Below are positions 19,549 through 32,600 of a stretch of DNA of 64,000 nucleotides, piece after piece. The notes under the pieces are model-generated. The model was not told the origin of the DNA and searched no databases. It saw only the letters and a program-made list of their open reading frames with translations. The stretch comes from Eledone cirrhosa (taxonomy: Eukaryota): contig CAXHJY010001316.1 in the NCBI GenBank assembly GCA_964016885.1, positions 30,937-94,936 on the forward strand. The letters are read 5' to 3'. Positions within the stretch are counted from its first letter, which is position 1. The number at the start of each line of letters is the position of its first letter. A program made the position numbers and the translations under genes.

Positions 19549-20316
19549 TCTAATAATAACAACGAAAGTGGTAACATAAACACTATAAGAGAGAGAAAGA
19601 AGGAGAAATGACTAAAGAGATATTGTTAATGCTGCAATAGTAGATACTGGGTTGAATATATCTAGGTGTTCATTATCAAACGACAAGATCTCTTTTGCTA
19701 GAAAATGTGACCAACGCGTAACATCTCCCATAGAAAGATGAATGGAAACATCGTTTCCCTGGTTCATCTTGCTCAAACTTCACCCTAGTTTTGGCGTGTA
19801 TGTTCTATCTGACGTACGTCACCCGCCCTTGACTACCTCTGGCTTTCATATGTCTCCGTTCTTTGCCTACCTCTAGCATGACGAACCTGTAGCGGATGAC
19901 TCGTGCAATTTTAGTTTGTTTGTGTACTTCAGTGCTTTCTGTGACCTTTCAACTTTGAAATAATTAAATTCATGTCTTACATTCAGAATAACAATAATTC
20001 TCAAAATAACATCTCTTTGTTTTGATTATTAAAAAAAATTGGCACGATTCTCTCTGCAGGAAATCAAGCGAAGAACTAAAGGAATATTTGATTGTTTTTC
20101 GATAGAAAATACCAGAACGTATAACTTACAAACATTACGGAGAATGAAATATAATAAAAAGAAAAGTTAAAATTCAATTAATAAATAGTAATAAAAATTA
20201 GTTTAATTTAAAAATAGAAAAATACGTAGATATACGAAAGTTAAATATATAAGTGTGTGTATGTGGGTGTTATATGTGTGTAATTATATGTATATATATA
20301 TATATATATATACATT

Positions 20317-20348
<32 letters not shown>

Positions 20349-20441
20349 CATATATATACATACATATATATATACATATATATATATATATGTGTGTGTG
20401 TGTATTTGTGTATGTATAAATATATATATTTATATATATAT

Positions 20442-20495
<54 letters not shown>

Positions 20496-20498
20496 ATT

Positions 20499-20553
<55 letters not shown>

Positions 20554-20556
20554 ATT

Positions 20557-20587
<31 letters not shown>

Positions 20588-20744
20588 ATTTATATATATA
20601 TATATATGTGTGTGTAATTATATGTATATATGTCTTTATATGTATATATCGACAGTCGATCGACTTTCGTCAAATCAGACCGAGGAAACAATGTTTCCGT
20701 TGGTCTTTCCAATTGCTAGTACTCTCTATCGGTCGCAACTCCAG

Positions 20745-20870
20745 GTAGAAGGAGCAACGTGAAATAAAGTGTCTTGCTCAAGGACATAAAGCATCGCCCG
20801 GTCCGGGAATCGAACTCACAACCTCACGATTAGGAATCCAACTCTCTAACCACTCGGCCACACGCCTTCA
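20745..20870 (-). mobile_element. tRNA-derived CORE-type SINE, 5' part
   Basis: Minus strand: TGGCCGAGTGG (A box), GAGTTCGATTCC (B box), then GTCCTTGAGCAAGACACTTT (CORE-domain-like). Confidence 0.75.
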
Positions 20871-21001
20871 CATATATATATATATTATATATAAATTAAT
20901 AAAAATAATGAAATAAAAACAAAGAAACAGTTCCTTATATTAAAAAATTCATCATTTTACGATCGTTTCTAGGATATATATGTTTGTGTTGGTATGTATA
21001 T

Positions 21002-21162
21002 CATAGAGATCTATGTAAAATTTTTACAAACTATCAGAGGGAATATACATACCTACACATATATATATACATACTACACATACAGATTATTTCTGAAGAC
21101 AGCATATATATGTGTAGGTATGTATATTCCCTCTGATAGTTTGTAAACATTTTACATAGATA
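21002..21162. repeat. Inverted pair of a short dispersed repeat (also present at 4958-5040)
   Basis: TTTACAAACTATCAGAGGGAATATACATACCTACACATAT and its reverse complement. Confidence 0.8.
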
Positions 21163-21204
21163 GATATATCATATAGATAGGTATATCATATAGATCTATC
21201 TATC

Positions 21205-21500
21205 TGGTGGGTGAAAGTGGCGAGAATGGCCCGAGTGAATGGGCCTTCTCTCTATATCAGCCTGTAGGTTGAGGAAAAGGAGGAGGAGAGGAAAGGAGTA
21301 CAAACTCTTCGTACTCCTGGAGATGAGGGTTGCACATTTTTTGAGGGGTATGTGTTATCCATATAAACTGTCTCCCCCTATTGGGGAAAATCGACTAACT
21401 TTTTAAATTGCATTTGTGATAACATTTTACGTTTTTATTGTAAGTAAACTTCCCCCTTTGTATTTGTCCCCTTCTTTTGTGTCCCTGTGGCTAATAAAGA
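21205..21500 (+). mobile_element. 3' end of LINE family B
   Basis: TGGGTGAAAGTGGCGAGAATGGCCCGAGTGAATGG..., CCCCTATTGGGG, AATAAA; homologous to 8570-9065. Confidence 0.55.
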
Positions 21501-22539
21501 AACATATCTATCTATATATATATATAATGGAAGAAGTTCGATCAATAACTTTCTGTAATCAGATTTGCATCGACAATGCGCCATCTTGGAAAAACGTATT
21601 CTACAGCAGCTTCACGTAGTTATATTCATTGGGATTAGAAATTGGTAGTCGGCCCCTAATTCCAGAGAACATACTTTAGCGAACATAATAGGTCCTCGAA
21701 CAAAGCCCACTGGTACAATTTCCAAAATGTGACCATAACGGCCGAAATGAGGACTCTCGTTCAAATATATCAGTGTATAATAACTGCACTGATTAGAGAG
21801 TGATCTCCCTTTAAATGTGGAGAACTAGCTGAATTGTTAGAGCGTTAGACGATAGACGTCAGTATTCATTTTGGCTCAATCTGCTCTGAGTTCAAATATC
21901 ACCAAATTAAATTTTGCTTTTCATGCGAGGTTGATAAAGTACAAGCCAAGTACTGGGATAAATTCACTCTTTATCACACTTTCATTTGTTCTTCTTCTCG
22001 GGGAAATTAGGTGTCTTTTGGGTGCCAAATACGACTCCGTTAAAGATTCAGGGACCTCGTTTCCGTTGCTTACTTCCCTTCATAATATTTGAGCTTGTCT
22101 ATGTTCCTTTTCATAGACAACGGCGGTTGTTTACACCAATGTTCATGTAACTGGTTATTTTGTATAAAAAACTCATTTCGTGTTTTTTTAAATAAATTAT
22201 TTAATACTAGTTATTATCGCTCTTAATCTATTATTACTAGTATCTACCAATTACACATATCTTTCATAATAATATTTCAAAAATGGTATCAAAGATAATA
22301 CTGTTTTTTATGCAATTCTATAATTGGACGATCTATTGTTGTTGATTTAATATTCCTTTTTTACCTGGTCATATCGACACTGTTGTGGTTGTTGGTGGTG
22401 TTGTTGTTGGTGGTGTTGGTGGTGTTGTTGCTGTTGGTGTTGTTGTTAGCGTTGGTGTTGTTGGTATTGTGGTTGTTGTTGGTGTATATATTGTTATATG
22501 TATATATGTATGTATATGTATATGTATATATATATATAT

Positions 22540-22573
<34 letters not shown>

Positions 22574-22719
22574 ATTGCTACGTACGCGTCAAGAAACTGT
22601 CCTTCTTAAGGGGTCTCTTGATAAGCCTTATCAACCTCACAGCGATGATGCACTTCTAAAGTGTATATTGCTGCAAACGGGACTTAATAGGGATATTTTT
22701 GTCTATTATTTCCTCATAC

Positions 22720-23100
22720 TTTTAATTTGGAAAGGGAGGTGTGGGCGGAGAGAAATGTGCTGCCCACCATTACGTTTGCTACAAGGTGGGTCAATGTTGC
22801 AAGAATGGCCCTTGAGCATGCACATGTGGGCTGGTTTATTTAGAGGTGAGGGGGGCGCCCTCCTAGGGTGCTCTTCGAGCGTCAGGTGGTTTAGGATTAG
22901 TGGGGTTCGTACTTCACCCCTCGGTGGCCATATTGGCGAATTTTTCTTGTTTTAATTCTTTTGTTCATTGCTATTTCTTTGTTAATTTCTTTCTATTCGA
23001 TTTCCGTGTAAACCCCCACTGAACCCGTCTATTGTATTGTCCCCTATATGTCGACCTTGGTGGCCAATAAATGAAACAATTATTATTATTATTGTTATTA
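22720..23100 (+). mobile_element. 3' end of LINE family B
   Basis: Encodes ERNVL.....RWVNVARMA, then AATAAA and an (ATT)n tail. Confidence 0.55.
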
Positions 23101-23101
23101 T

Positions 23102-23293
23102 GGCGGTGGATTGGTAGAAATTGGTAGAGCGTCGGACAACATGCTTCGCAGCATAAAGTTACGTTCCTTTATGTTCTGAGTTCTGAGTTCAAATCCGGCC
23201 AAGTTTAGCTTAGCGTTTCATCCCTACGCGGTCGACAAATAAAGTACATTAATGCACTTCCAATTGCCGGCCGTGTGCCTATAGTAGAAACAA
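23102..23293 (+). mobile_element. SINE family A, diverged full-length copy
   Basis: GGCGGTGGATTGGTAGAAATTGGTAGAGCG...GAGTTCAAATCC...GTAGAAACAAT. Confidence 0.8.
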
Positions 23294-24457
23294 TAATTAT
23301 TAGTATGTCACTCGAAAACTGCATCACTACTTACATCTCTCTTTTCCTCTACAATTCTCTCATCATTCATCTCTCATAACCACTGCTTCATCTCATGTAA
23401 ATGTTCTAAAGTGATCAAAGAAGACAGTTGTCATCCCCAGTTGCTGGCTTATCTATTGGTGATGACACAGCTGTGAAACGATATTTAAACACCCATAAAC
23501 TTGCCAGTCTCTCAAAGTGTTGTGAAAATTGTACGTCTCTAATTTACGATGTGTGATGAACATTCATTTTGTGTGGCGTAACCAACGTACATTCATAAGT
23601 AAGATATGCCGCATGGGCAGTATAATCATGATAATTTGTATATATATATATATATATACATATATACATGCATACAAACATATACATATACATACATACA
23701 TATACATATATGTAGATACATTCATATACATATATATATATACATACATTCATATATACATATATATATATACATGCATGCATACATATATACATATATA
23801 TACATGCTTACATGCATACATATATACATATATACACATGCTTACATGCATACATATATACATATATATATATACATGCTTACATGCATACATATATACA
23901 TATATATATATACATGCTTACATGCATACATATATACATATATATACATGCTTACATGCATACATATATACATATATATACATGCTTACATATAAATATA
24001 AATATACATGCATGCATACATATAAATATACATGCATACATACATATAAATATACATGCATACATACATATAAATATACATGCATACATACATATAAATA
24101 TACATGCATACATACATATAAATATACATACATACATACATATAAATATACATGCATACATACATATAAATATACATGCATACATACATATAAATATACA
24201 TGCATACATACATATAAATATACATGCATACATACATATAAATATACATGCATACATACATATAAATATACATGCATACATACATATAAATATACATGCA
24301 TACATACATATAAATATACATGCATACATACATATAAATATACATGCATACATACATATATATATATACATGCATATATACATATATATATATACATGCA
24401 TATATACATATACATGCATATATACATACATATATACATGCATATATACATACACAT

Positions 24458-25045
24458 ATGGTGGCTGCCAACTCGTTTTCGAGTACGGCCACTACTTTAT
24501 ATCCATGTAGGAGAACCCCTACCGATGCGCTGAACGAATGTGACTTTTTAGTCCAGCCAGCGACTTGAAAACTCTGGTACAAAGACTACACTTGTGACCA
24601 TTATTGACACATAGTGCAGGGCCCATGGTACCATGTGATGACAAGTGCAGAGAGATCTCCAGATATAAAGCAATGCCTGTGCTGTGAAGCTTTTATAGTG
24701 AGCAAAGGCACTGCACAAAGCCAGTCCCACTCTCTTAACCAAGATGATATTTACCAAAAAGAAGAACAAGTCAACATCATTGGATACCATCAGGGTTTCA
24801 GGTGTTATATCAGAGTTTTCCTTCTCCTAGAATTCTGCCTTGACAAAGGGGTCATCTCTCCCGGTGATTTTGGATGGCTATTGAGTCTTAAGAGCTCCCT
24901 TGCCCTTTGACAGGTTTTGTTTTTAGTCCTGCAGGATGTCTAAAGTCACCCTCCTCACCAAGAAACCTTGGTGGGGTTGCCAGTTTAGTCGCCAACGACC
25001 CGACCATGAGACAGGTTGTACTGGGATACATGTTACCAGTAGCAC
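24458..25045 (-). mobile_element. Short non-autonomous RTE-like element, copy 1
   Basis: The 3' end encodes a C..C.R.F.S..GLKSH zinc-finger-like tail, followed by a short UTR and a microsatellite. The 5' part is homologous to 41215-41330. Confidence 0.6.
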
Positions 25046-25313
25046 ATACATATATACATGCATATATACATACATATATACATGCATATATACATACATA
25101 TATACATGCATATATACATACATATATACATACATATATACATACATATATACATACATATATACATACATATATACATACATATATACATACATATATA
25201 CATGCATACATAGATATATACATGCATACATACATACATGCATACATACATACATACATGCATACATACATATATATATACATATACATACATATATATA
25301 TATATATACATAC

Positions 25314-25345
<32 letters not shown>

Positions 25346-25375
25346 ATATATACATATACATATATATATATATAC

Positions 25376-25414
<39 letters not shown>

Positions 25415-25423
25415 CATATATAT

Positions 25424-25866
25424 ATGGTGGCTGCCAACTCGTTTTCGAGTACGGCCACTACTTTATATCCATGTGGGAGAACCCCTACCTATACGCTGAA
25501 CGAGTGTGACTTTTTAGTCCAGCCAGCGACTTGAAAACTCTGGTACAAACACTACACCTGTGACAATTATTGACACATAGTGCTGGGCCCATGCTACCAT
25601 GTGACGACAAGTGCAGAGATCTCCAGATATAAAGCAATGCCTGTGCCGTGAAGCTTTTATAGTGAGCAAAGGCACTGCACAAAGCCAGTCCCACTCTCTT
25701 AACCAAGATGATATTTACCAAAAAGAAGAACAAGTCAACATCATTGGATACCATCAGGGTTGCAGGTGTTATATCAGAGTTTTCCTTCTCCTAGAATTCT
25801 GTCTTGACAAAGGCTAAGGGGTCATCTCTCCCGGTGATTTTGGATGGCTATTGACTCTTAAGAGCC
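25424..25866 (-). mobile_element. Short non-autonomous RTE-like element, copy 2 (5'-truncated)
   Basis: Highly similar to 24458-24898; translates [20 protein letters not shown]. Confidence 0.6.
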
Positions 25867-25970
25867 CCATATATATATATATACATATATATATACAAAC
25901 ATACAAATACATACATATATATATATATACAAACATACAAATACATATATATATATATATATACAAGCAT

Positions 25971-26001
<31 letters not shown>

Positions 26002-26684
26002 CATATGTATATATATGTGTGTCTGTGTGTGTATACGTATGCATAGCTACACATAAACATACACACACTCGTACGTGTACACGCAAGCACAAAACAATCT
26101 ACATAAAATATTCAGACACGATACAGATCAACAACCATAAAGCTCACCCAAACACAAACGGGTAGACACAGACACACATACACACACATAAAGGATTCAT
26201 CGACACACTTGTATACACACACAAACAATAGAAAAAGTCACAGACACACGCGTGTATCTATACACATACACTCATACAAAATATACACACATTCGCGCGT
26301 GCACATACACACTCACTCACACACATACACACACAAACTACATAAAAACTCAGATACATGCATTCACACACGCACACTTCCATCAAAGGTACACAAACAG
26401 CACACACATAGGCAATAACACACACCCTCCAAATGCACTCCATCTGTAACATCATATATGACACAACTGGACTCCCTATCGTGACCTCCACCTTCGAACG
26501 CCGGACTACCCTAACCAGCCTTAAAAACATTATTTCCAAACTCCGTTGATCCAACCTTTCCTCTCTCCAAACTCTTCATTTCCTGAAGACTTATTTCGGA
26601 TATTTCGAAACCCTCATTTACTTCTTTCCAAGCCTGAAACTATTAAGACTTTGTGTTTTGCATCTATGCATTAGTATTTATATA

Positions 26685-29600
26685 GGCAGCGTATTGGGGG
26701 AAGTGGTTAGAATGTCAGATAGAATGGTAGAGTGGTTAGAACGTCAGATAGAATGGTAGAGTGGTTAGAACGCCAGATAGAATGGTAGTCGTTAGAACGT
26801 CAGATTGAATGGTAGAGTCGTTAGAACGTCAGGTTGAATGGTAGAGTGGCTAGAACGTCAGATAGAATGGTAGAGTGGTTAGAACGTCTGATAGAATGGC
26901 AGAGAGGTTAGAACGTCAGATAGAATAACAGTCGTTAGAACGTCAGGTAGAATGACGGTCGTTAGAACGTCAGGTAGAATGACGGTCGTGAGAACGTCAG
27001 GTAGAATGACGGTCGTTAGAACGTCAGATAGAATGACAGTCGTTAGAACGTCAGATAGAATGACAGTCGTTAGAACGTCAGATAGAATGGCACTCGTTAG
27101 AACGTCATATAGAATGTCAGTCGTTAGAACGTCAGATAGAATGACAGTCGTTAGAACGTCAGATAGAATAACAGTCGTTAGAATGTCAGATAGAATGACA
27201 GTCGTTAGAACGTCAGATAGAATGACAGTTGTTAGAACGTCAGATAGAATGACACTCGTTAGAACGTCAGATAGAATGTCAGTCGTTAGAACGTCAGATA
27301 GAATGTCAGTCGTTAGAACGTCAGATAGAATGACAGTCGTTAGAACGTCAGATAGAATGACAGTCGTTAGAACGTCTGATAGAATGACACTCGTTAGAAC
27401 GTAAGATAGAATGACAGTCGTTAGAACGTCAGATAGAATGCCATCGCTAGAACGTCAGATAGAATGACAGTCGTTAGAACGCCAGATAGAATGACAGTCG
27501 TTAGAACGCCAGACAGAATGACAGTCGTTAGAACGTCAGATAGAATGGCAGTCGTTACAACGTCAGATAGATTGGCAGTCGTTAGAACGTCAGATAGAAT
27601 GACAGTCGTTAGAACGTCAGATAGAATGACAGTCGTTAGAACGTCAGATAGAATGGCAGTCGTTAGAACGTCAGATAGAATGACAGTCGTTAGAACGTCA
27701 GATAGAATGGCAGTCGTTAGAACGTCAGATAGATTGGCAGTCGTTAGAACGTCAGATAGATTGGCAGTCGTTAGAACGTCAGATAGAATGACACTCGTTA
27801 GAACGTCAGATAGAATGACAGTCGTTAGAACGTCAGATAGAATGGCAGTCGTTAGAACGTCAGATAGAATGGCAGTCGTTAGAACGTCAGATAGAATGGC
27901 AGTCGTTAGAACGTCAGATAGAATGGCAGTCGTTAGAACGTCAGATAGAATGGCAGTCGTTAGAACGTCAGATAGAATGGCAGTCGTTAGAACGTCAGAT
28001 AGATTGGCAGTCGTTAGAACATCAGATAGAATGACAGTCGTTAGAACGTCAGATAGAATGACAGTCGTTAGAACGTCAGATAGAATGACAGTCGTTAGAA
28101 CGTCAGATAGAATGACAGTCGTTAGAACGTCAGGTAGAATGACAGTCGTTAGAACGTCAGGTAGAATGACAGTCGTTAGAACGTCAGATCGAATGACACT
28201 CGTTAGAACGTCAGATAGAATGGCAGTCGTTAGAACGTCAGATTGAATAACAGTCGTTAGAACGTCAGGTAGAATGACAGTCGTTAGAACGTCAGATAGA
28301 ATGGCAGTCGTTAGAACGTCAGATAGAATGGCAGTCGTTGGAACGTCAGATAGAATGGCAGTCGTTAGAACGTCAGATAGAATAACAGTCGTTAGAACGT
28401 CTGATAGAATGACACTCGTTAGAACGTCTGATAGAATGACACTCGTTAGAACGTCAGATAGAATGACACTCGTTAGAACATCAGATAGAATGACACTCGT
28501 TAGAACATCAGATAGAATGACAGTCGTTTGAACGTCAGGTAGAATGACGGTCGTTAGAACGTCAGATAGAATGGCAGTCGTTAGAACGTCAGATAGAATG
28601 ACAGTCGTTAGAACGTCAGATAGAATGCCATCGCTAGAACGTCAGATAGAATGACAGTCGTTAGAACGCCAGATAGAATGACAGTCGTTAGAACGCCAGA
28701 CAGAATGACAGTCGTTAGAACGTCAGATAGAATGGCAGTCGTTACAACGTCAGATAGATTGGCAGTCGTTAGAACGTCAGATAGAATGACACTCGTTAGA
28801 ACGTCAGATAGAATGGCAGTCGTTAGAACGTCAGATAGATTGGCAGTCGTTAGAACGTCAGATAGAATGACAGTCGTTAGAACGTCAAATAGAATGACAG
28901 TCGTTAGAACGTCAGATAGAATGGCAGTCGTTACAACGTCAGATAGATTGGCAGTCGTTAGAACGTCAGATAGAATGACAGTCGTTAGAACGTCAGATAG
29001 AATGACACTCGTTAGAACGTCAGATAGAATGGCAGTCGTTAGAACGTCAGATAGAATGGCAGTCGTTAGAACGTCAGATAGAATGACAGTCGTTAGAACG
29101 TCAGATAGAATGCCATCGCTAGAACGTCAGATAGAATGACAGTCGTTAGAACGCCAGATAGAATGACAGTCGTTAGAACGCCAGACAGAATGACACTCGT
29201 TAGAACGTCAGATAGAATGACAGTCGTTAGAACGTCAGATAGAATGACAGTCGTTAGAACGTCAGATAGAATGACAGTCGTTAGAACGTCAGATAGAATG
29301 GCAGTCGTTAGAACGTCAGATAGATTGGCAGTCGTTAGAACGTCAAATAGATTGGCAGTCGTTAGAACGTCAGATAGAATGACACTCGTTAGAACGTCAG
29401 ATAGAATGACAGTCGTTAGAACGTCTGATAGAATGGCAGTCGTTAGAACGTCAGATAGAATGGCAGTCGTTAGAACGTCAGATAGAATGGCAGTCGTTAG
29501 AACGTCAGATAGAATGGCAGTCGTTAGAACGTCAGATAGAATGGCAGTCGTTAGAACGTCAGATAGATTGGCAGTCGTTAGAACATCAGATAGAATGACA

Positions 29601-32600
29601 GTCGTTAGAACGTCAGATAGAATGACAGTCGTTAGAACGTCAGATAGAATGACAGTCGTTAGAACGTCAGATAGAATGACAGTCGTTAGAACGTCAGGTA
29701 GAATGACAGTCGTTAGAACGTCAGGTAGAATGACAGTCGTTAGAACGTCAGATCGAATGACACTCGTTAGAACGTCAGATAGAATGGCAGTCGTTAGAAC
29801 GTCAGATAGAATAACAGTCGTTAGAACGTCAGGTAGAATGACAGTCGTTAGAACGTCAGATAGAATGGCAGTCGTTAGAACGTCAGATAGAATGGCAGTC
29901 GTTAGAACGTCAGATAGAATGGCAGTCGTTGGAACGTCAGATAGAATGGCAGTCGTTGGAACGTCAGATAGAATGGCAGTCGTTGGAACGTCAGATAGAA
30001 TGACAGTCGTTAGAACGTCAGATTGAATGGCAGTCGTTAGAACGTCAGATAGATTGGCAGTCGTTAGAACGTCAGATAGATTGGCAGTCGTGAGAACGTC
30101 AGATAGATTGGCAGTCGTGAGAACGTCAGATAGATTGGCAGTCGTGAGAACGTCAGATAGAATGACATTCGTTAGAACGTCAGATAGAATGACAGTCGTT
30201 AGAACGTCAGATAGAATGACAGTCGTTAGAACGTCAGATAGAATGACAGTCGTTAGAACGTCAAATAGAATGACAGTCGTTAGAACGTCAGATAGAATGG
30301 CAGTCGTTAGAACGTCAGATAGAATGGCAGTCGTTAGAACGTCAGATAGAATGGCAGTCGTTAGAACGTCAGATAGATTGGCAGTCGTTAGAACGTCAGA
30401 TAGAATGACAGTCGTTAGAACGTCAGATAGAATGACAGTCGTTAGAACGTCAGATAGAATGTCAGTCGTTAGAACGTCAGATAGAATGACAGTCGTTAGA
30501 ACGTCAGATGGAATGACAGTCGTTAGAACGTCAGATAGAATGACAGTCGTTAGAACGTCTGATAGAATGACACTCGTTAGAACGTCAGATAGAATGACAG
30601 TCGTTAGAACGTCAGATAGAATGCCATCGCTAGAACGTCAGATAGAATGACAGTCGTTAGAACGCCAGATAGAATGACAGTCGTTAGAACGCCAGACAGA
30701 ATGACAGTCGTTAGAACGTCAGATAGAATGGCAGTCGTTACAACGTCAGATAGATTGGCAGTCGTTAGAACGTCAGATAGAATGACAGTCGTTAGAACGT
30801 CAGATAGAATGACAGTCGTTAGAACGTCAGATAGAATGGCAGTCGTTAGAACGTCAGATAGAATGACAGTCGTTAGAACGTCAGATAGAATGGCAGTCGT
30901 TAGAACGTCAGATAGATTGGCAGTCGTTAGAACGTCAGATAGATTGGCAGTCGTTAGAACGTCAGATAGAATGACACTCGTTAGAACGTCAGATAGAATG
31001 ACAGTCGTTAGAACGTCAGATAGAATGGCAGTCGTTAGAACGTCAGATAGAATGGCAGTCGTTAGAACGTCAGATAGAATGGCAGTCGTTAGAACGTCAG
31101 ATAGAATGGCAGTCGTTAGAACGTCAGATAGAATGGCAGTCGTTAGAACGTCAGATAGAATGGCAGTCGTTAGAACGTCAGATAGATTGGCAGTCGTTAG
31201 AACATCAGATAGAATGACAGTCGTTAGAACGTCAGATAGAATGACAGTCGTTAGAACGTCAGATAGAATGACAGTCGTTAGAACGTCAGATAGAATGACA
31301 GTCGTTAGAACGTCAGGTAGAATGACAGTCGTTAGAACGTCAGGTAGAATGACAGTCGTTAGAACGTCAGATCGAATGACACTCGTTAGAACGTCAGATA
31401 GAATGGCAGTCGTTAGAACGTCAGATTGAATAACAGTCGTTAGAACGTCAGGTAGAATGACAGTCGTTAGAACGTCAGATAGAATGGCAGTCGTTAGAAC
31501 GTCAGATAGAATGGCAGTCGTTGGAACGTCAGATAGAATGGCAGTCGTTAGAACGTCAGATAGAATAACAGTCGTTAGAACGTCTGATAGAATGACACTC
31601 GTTAGAACGTCTGATAGAATGACACTCGTTAGAACGTCAGATAGAATGACACTCGTTAGAACATCAGATAGAATGACACTCGTTAGAACATCAGATAGAA
31701 TGACAGTCGTTTGAACGTCAGGTAGAATGACGGTCGTTAGAACGTCAGATAGAATGGCAGTCGTTAGAACGTCAGATAGAATGACAGTCGTTAGAACGTC
31801 AGATAGAATGCCATCGCTAGAACGTCAGATAGAATGACAGTCGTTAGAACGCCAGATAGAATGACAGTCGTTAGAACGCCAGACAGAATGACAGTCGTTA
31901 GAACGTCAGATAGAATGGCAGTCGTTACAACGTCAGATAGATTGGCAGTCGTTAGAACGTCAGATAGAATGACACTCGTTAGAACGTCAGATAGAATGAC
32001 AGTCGTTAGAACGTCAGATAGAATGACAGTCGTTAGAACGTCAGATAGAATGACAGTCGTTAGAACGTCAGATAGAATGGCAGTCGTTAGAACGTCAGAT
32101 AGATTGGCAGTCGTTAGAACGTCAAATAGATTGGCAGTCGTTAGAACGTCAGATAGAATGACACTCGTTAGAACGTCAGATAGAATGACAGTCGTTAGAA
32201 CGTCTGATAGAATGGCAGTCGTTAGAACGTCAGATAGAATGGCAGTCGTTAGAACGTCAGATAGAATGGCAGTCGTTAGAACGTCAGATAGAATGGCAGT
32301 CGTTAGAACGTCAGATAGAATGGCAGTCGTTAGAACGTCAGATAGATTGGCAGTCGTTAGAACATCAGATAGAATGACAGTCGTTAGAACGTCAGATAGA
32401 ATGACAGTCGTTAGAACGTCAGATAGAATGACAGTCGTTAGAACGTCAGATAGAATGACAGTCGTTAGAACGTCAGGTAGAATGACAGTCGTTAGAACGT
32501 CAGGTAGAATGACAGTCGTTAGAACGTCAGATCGAATGACACTCGTTAGAACGTCAGATAGAATGGCAGTCGTTAGAACGTCAGATAGAATAACAGTCGT

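Noticed and set aside
20790-20870. tRNA gene
   Set aside because: The tRNA-like head runs directly into a CORE-like SINE body and the stems are degenerate.
24970-25045. HDV-like ribozyme in the RTE-like head
   Set aside because: Elements resembling P2, P3 and P4 exist, but there is no room for a P1 3' strand and no P1.1 pairing, so the canonical fold cannot be built.
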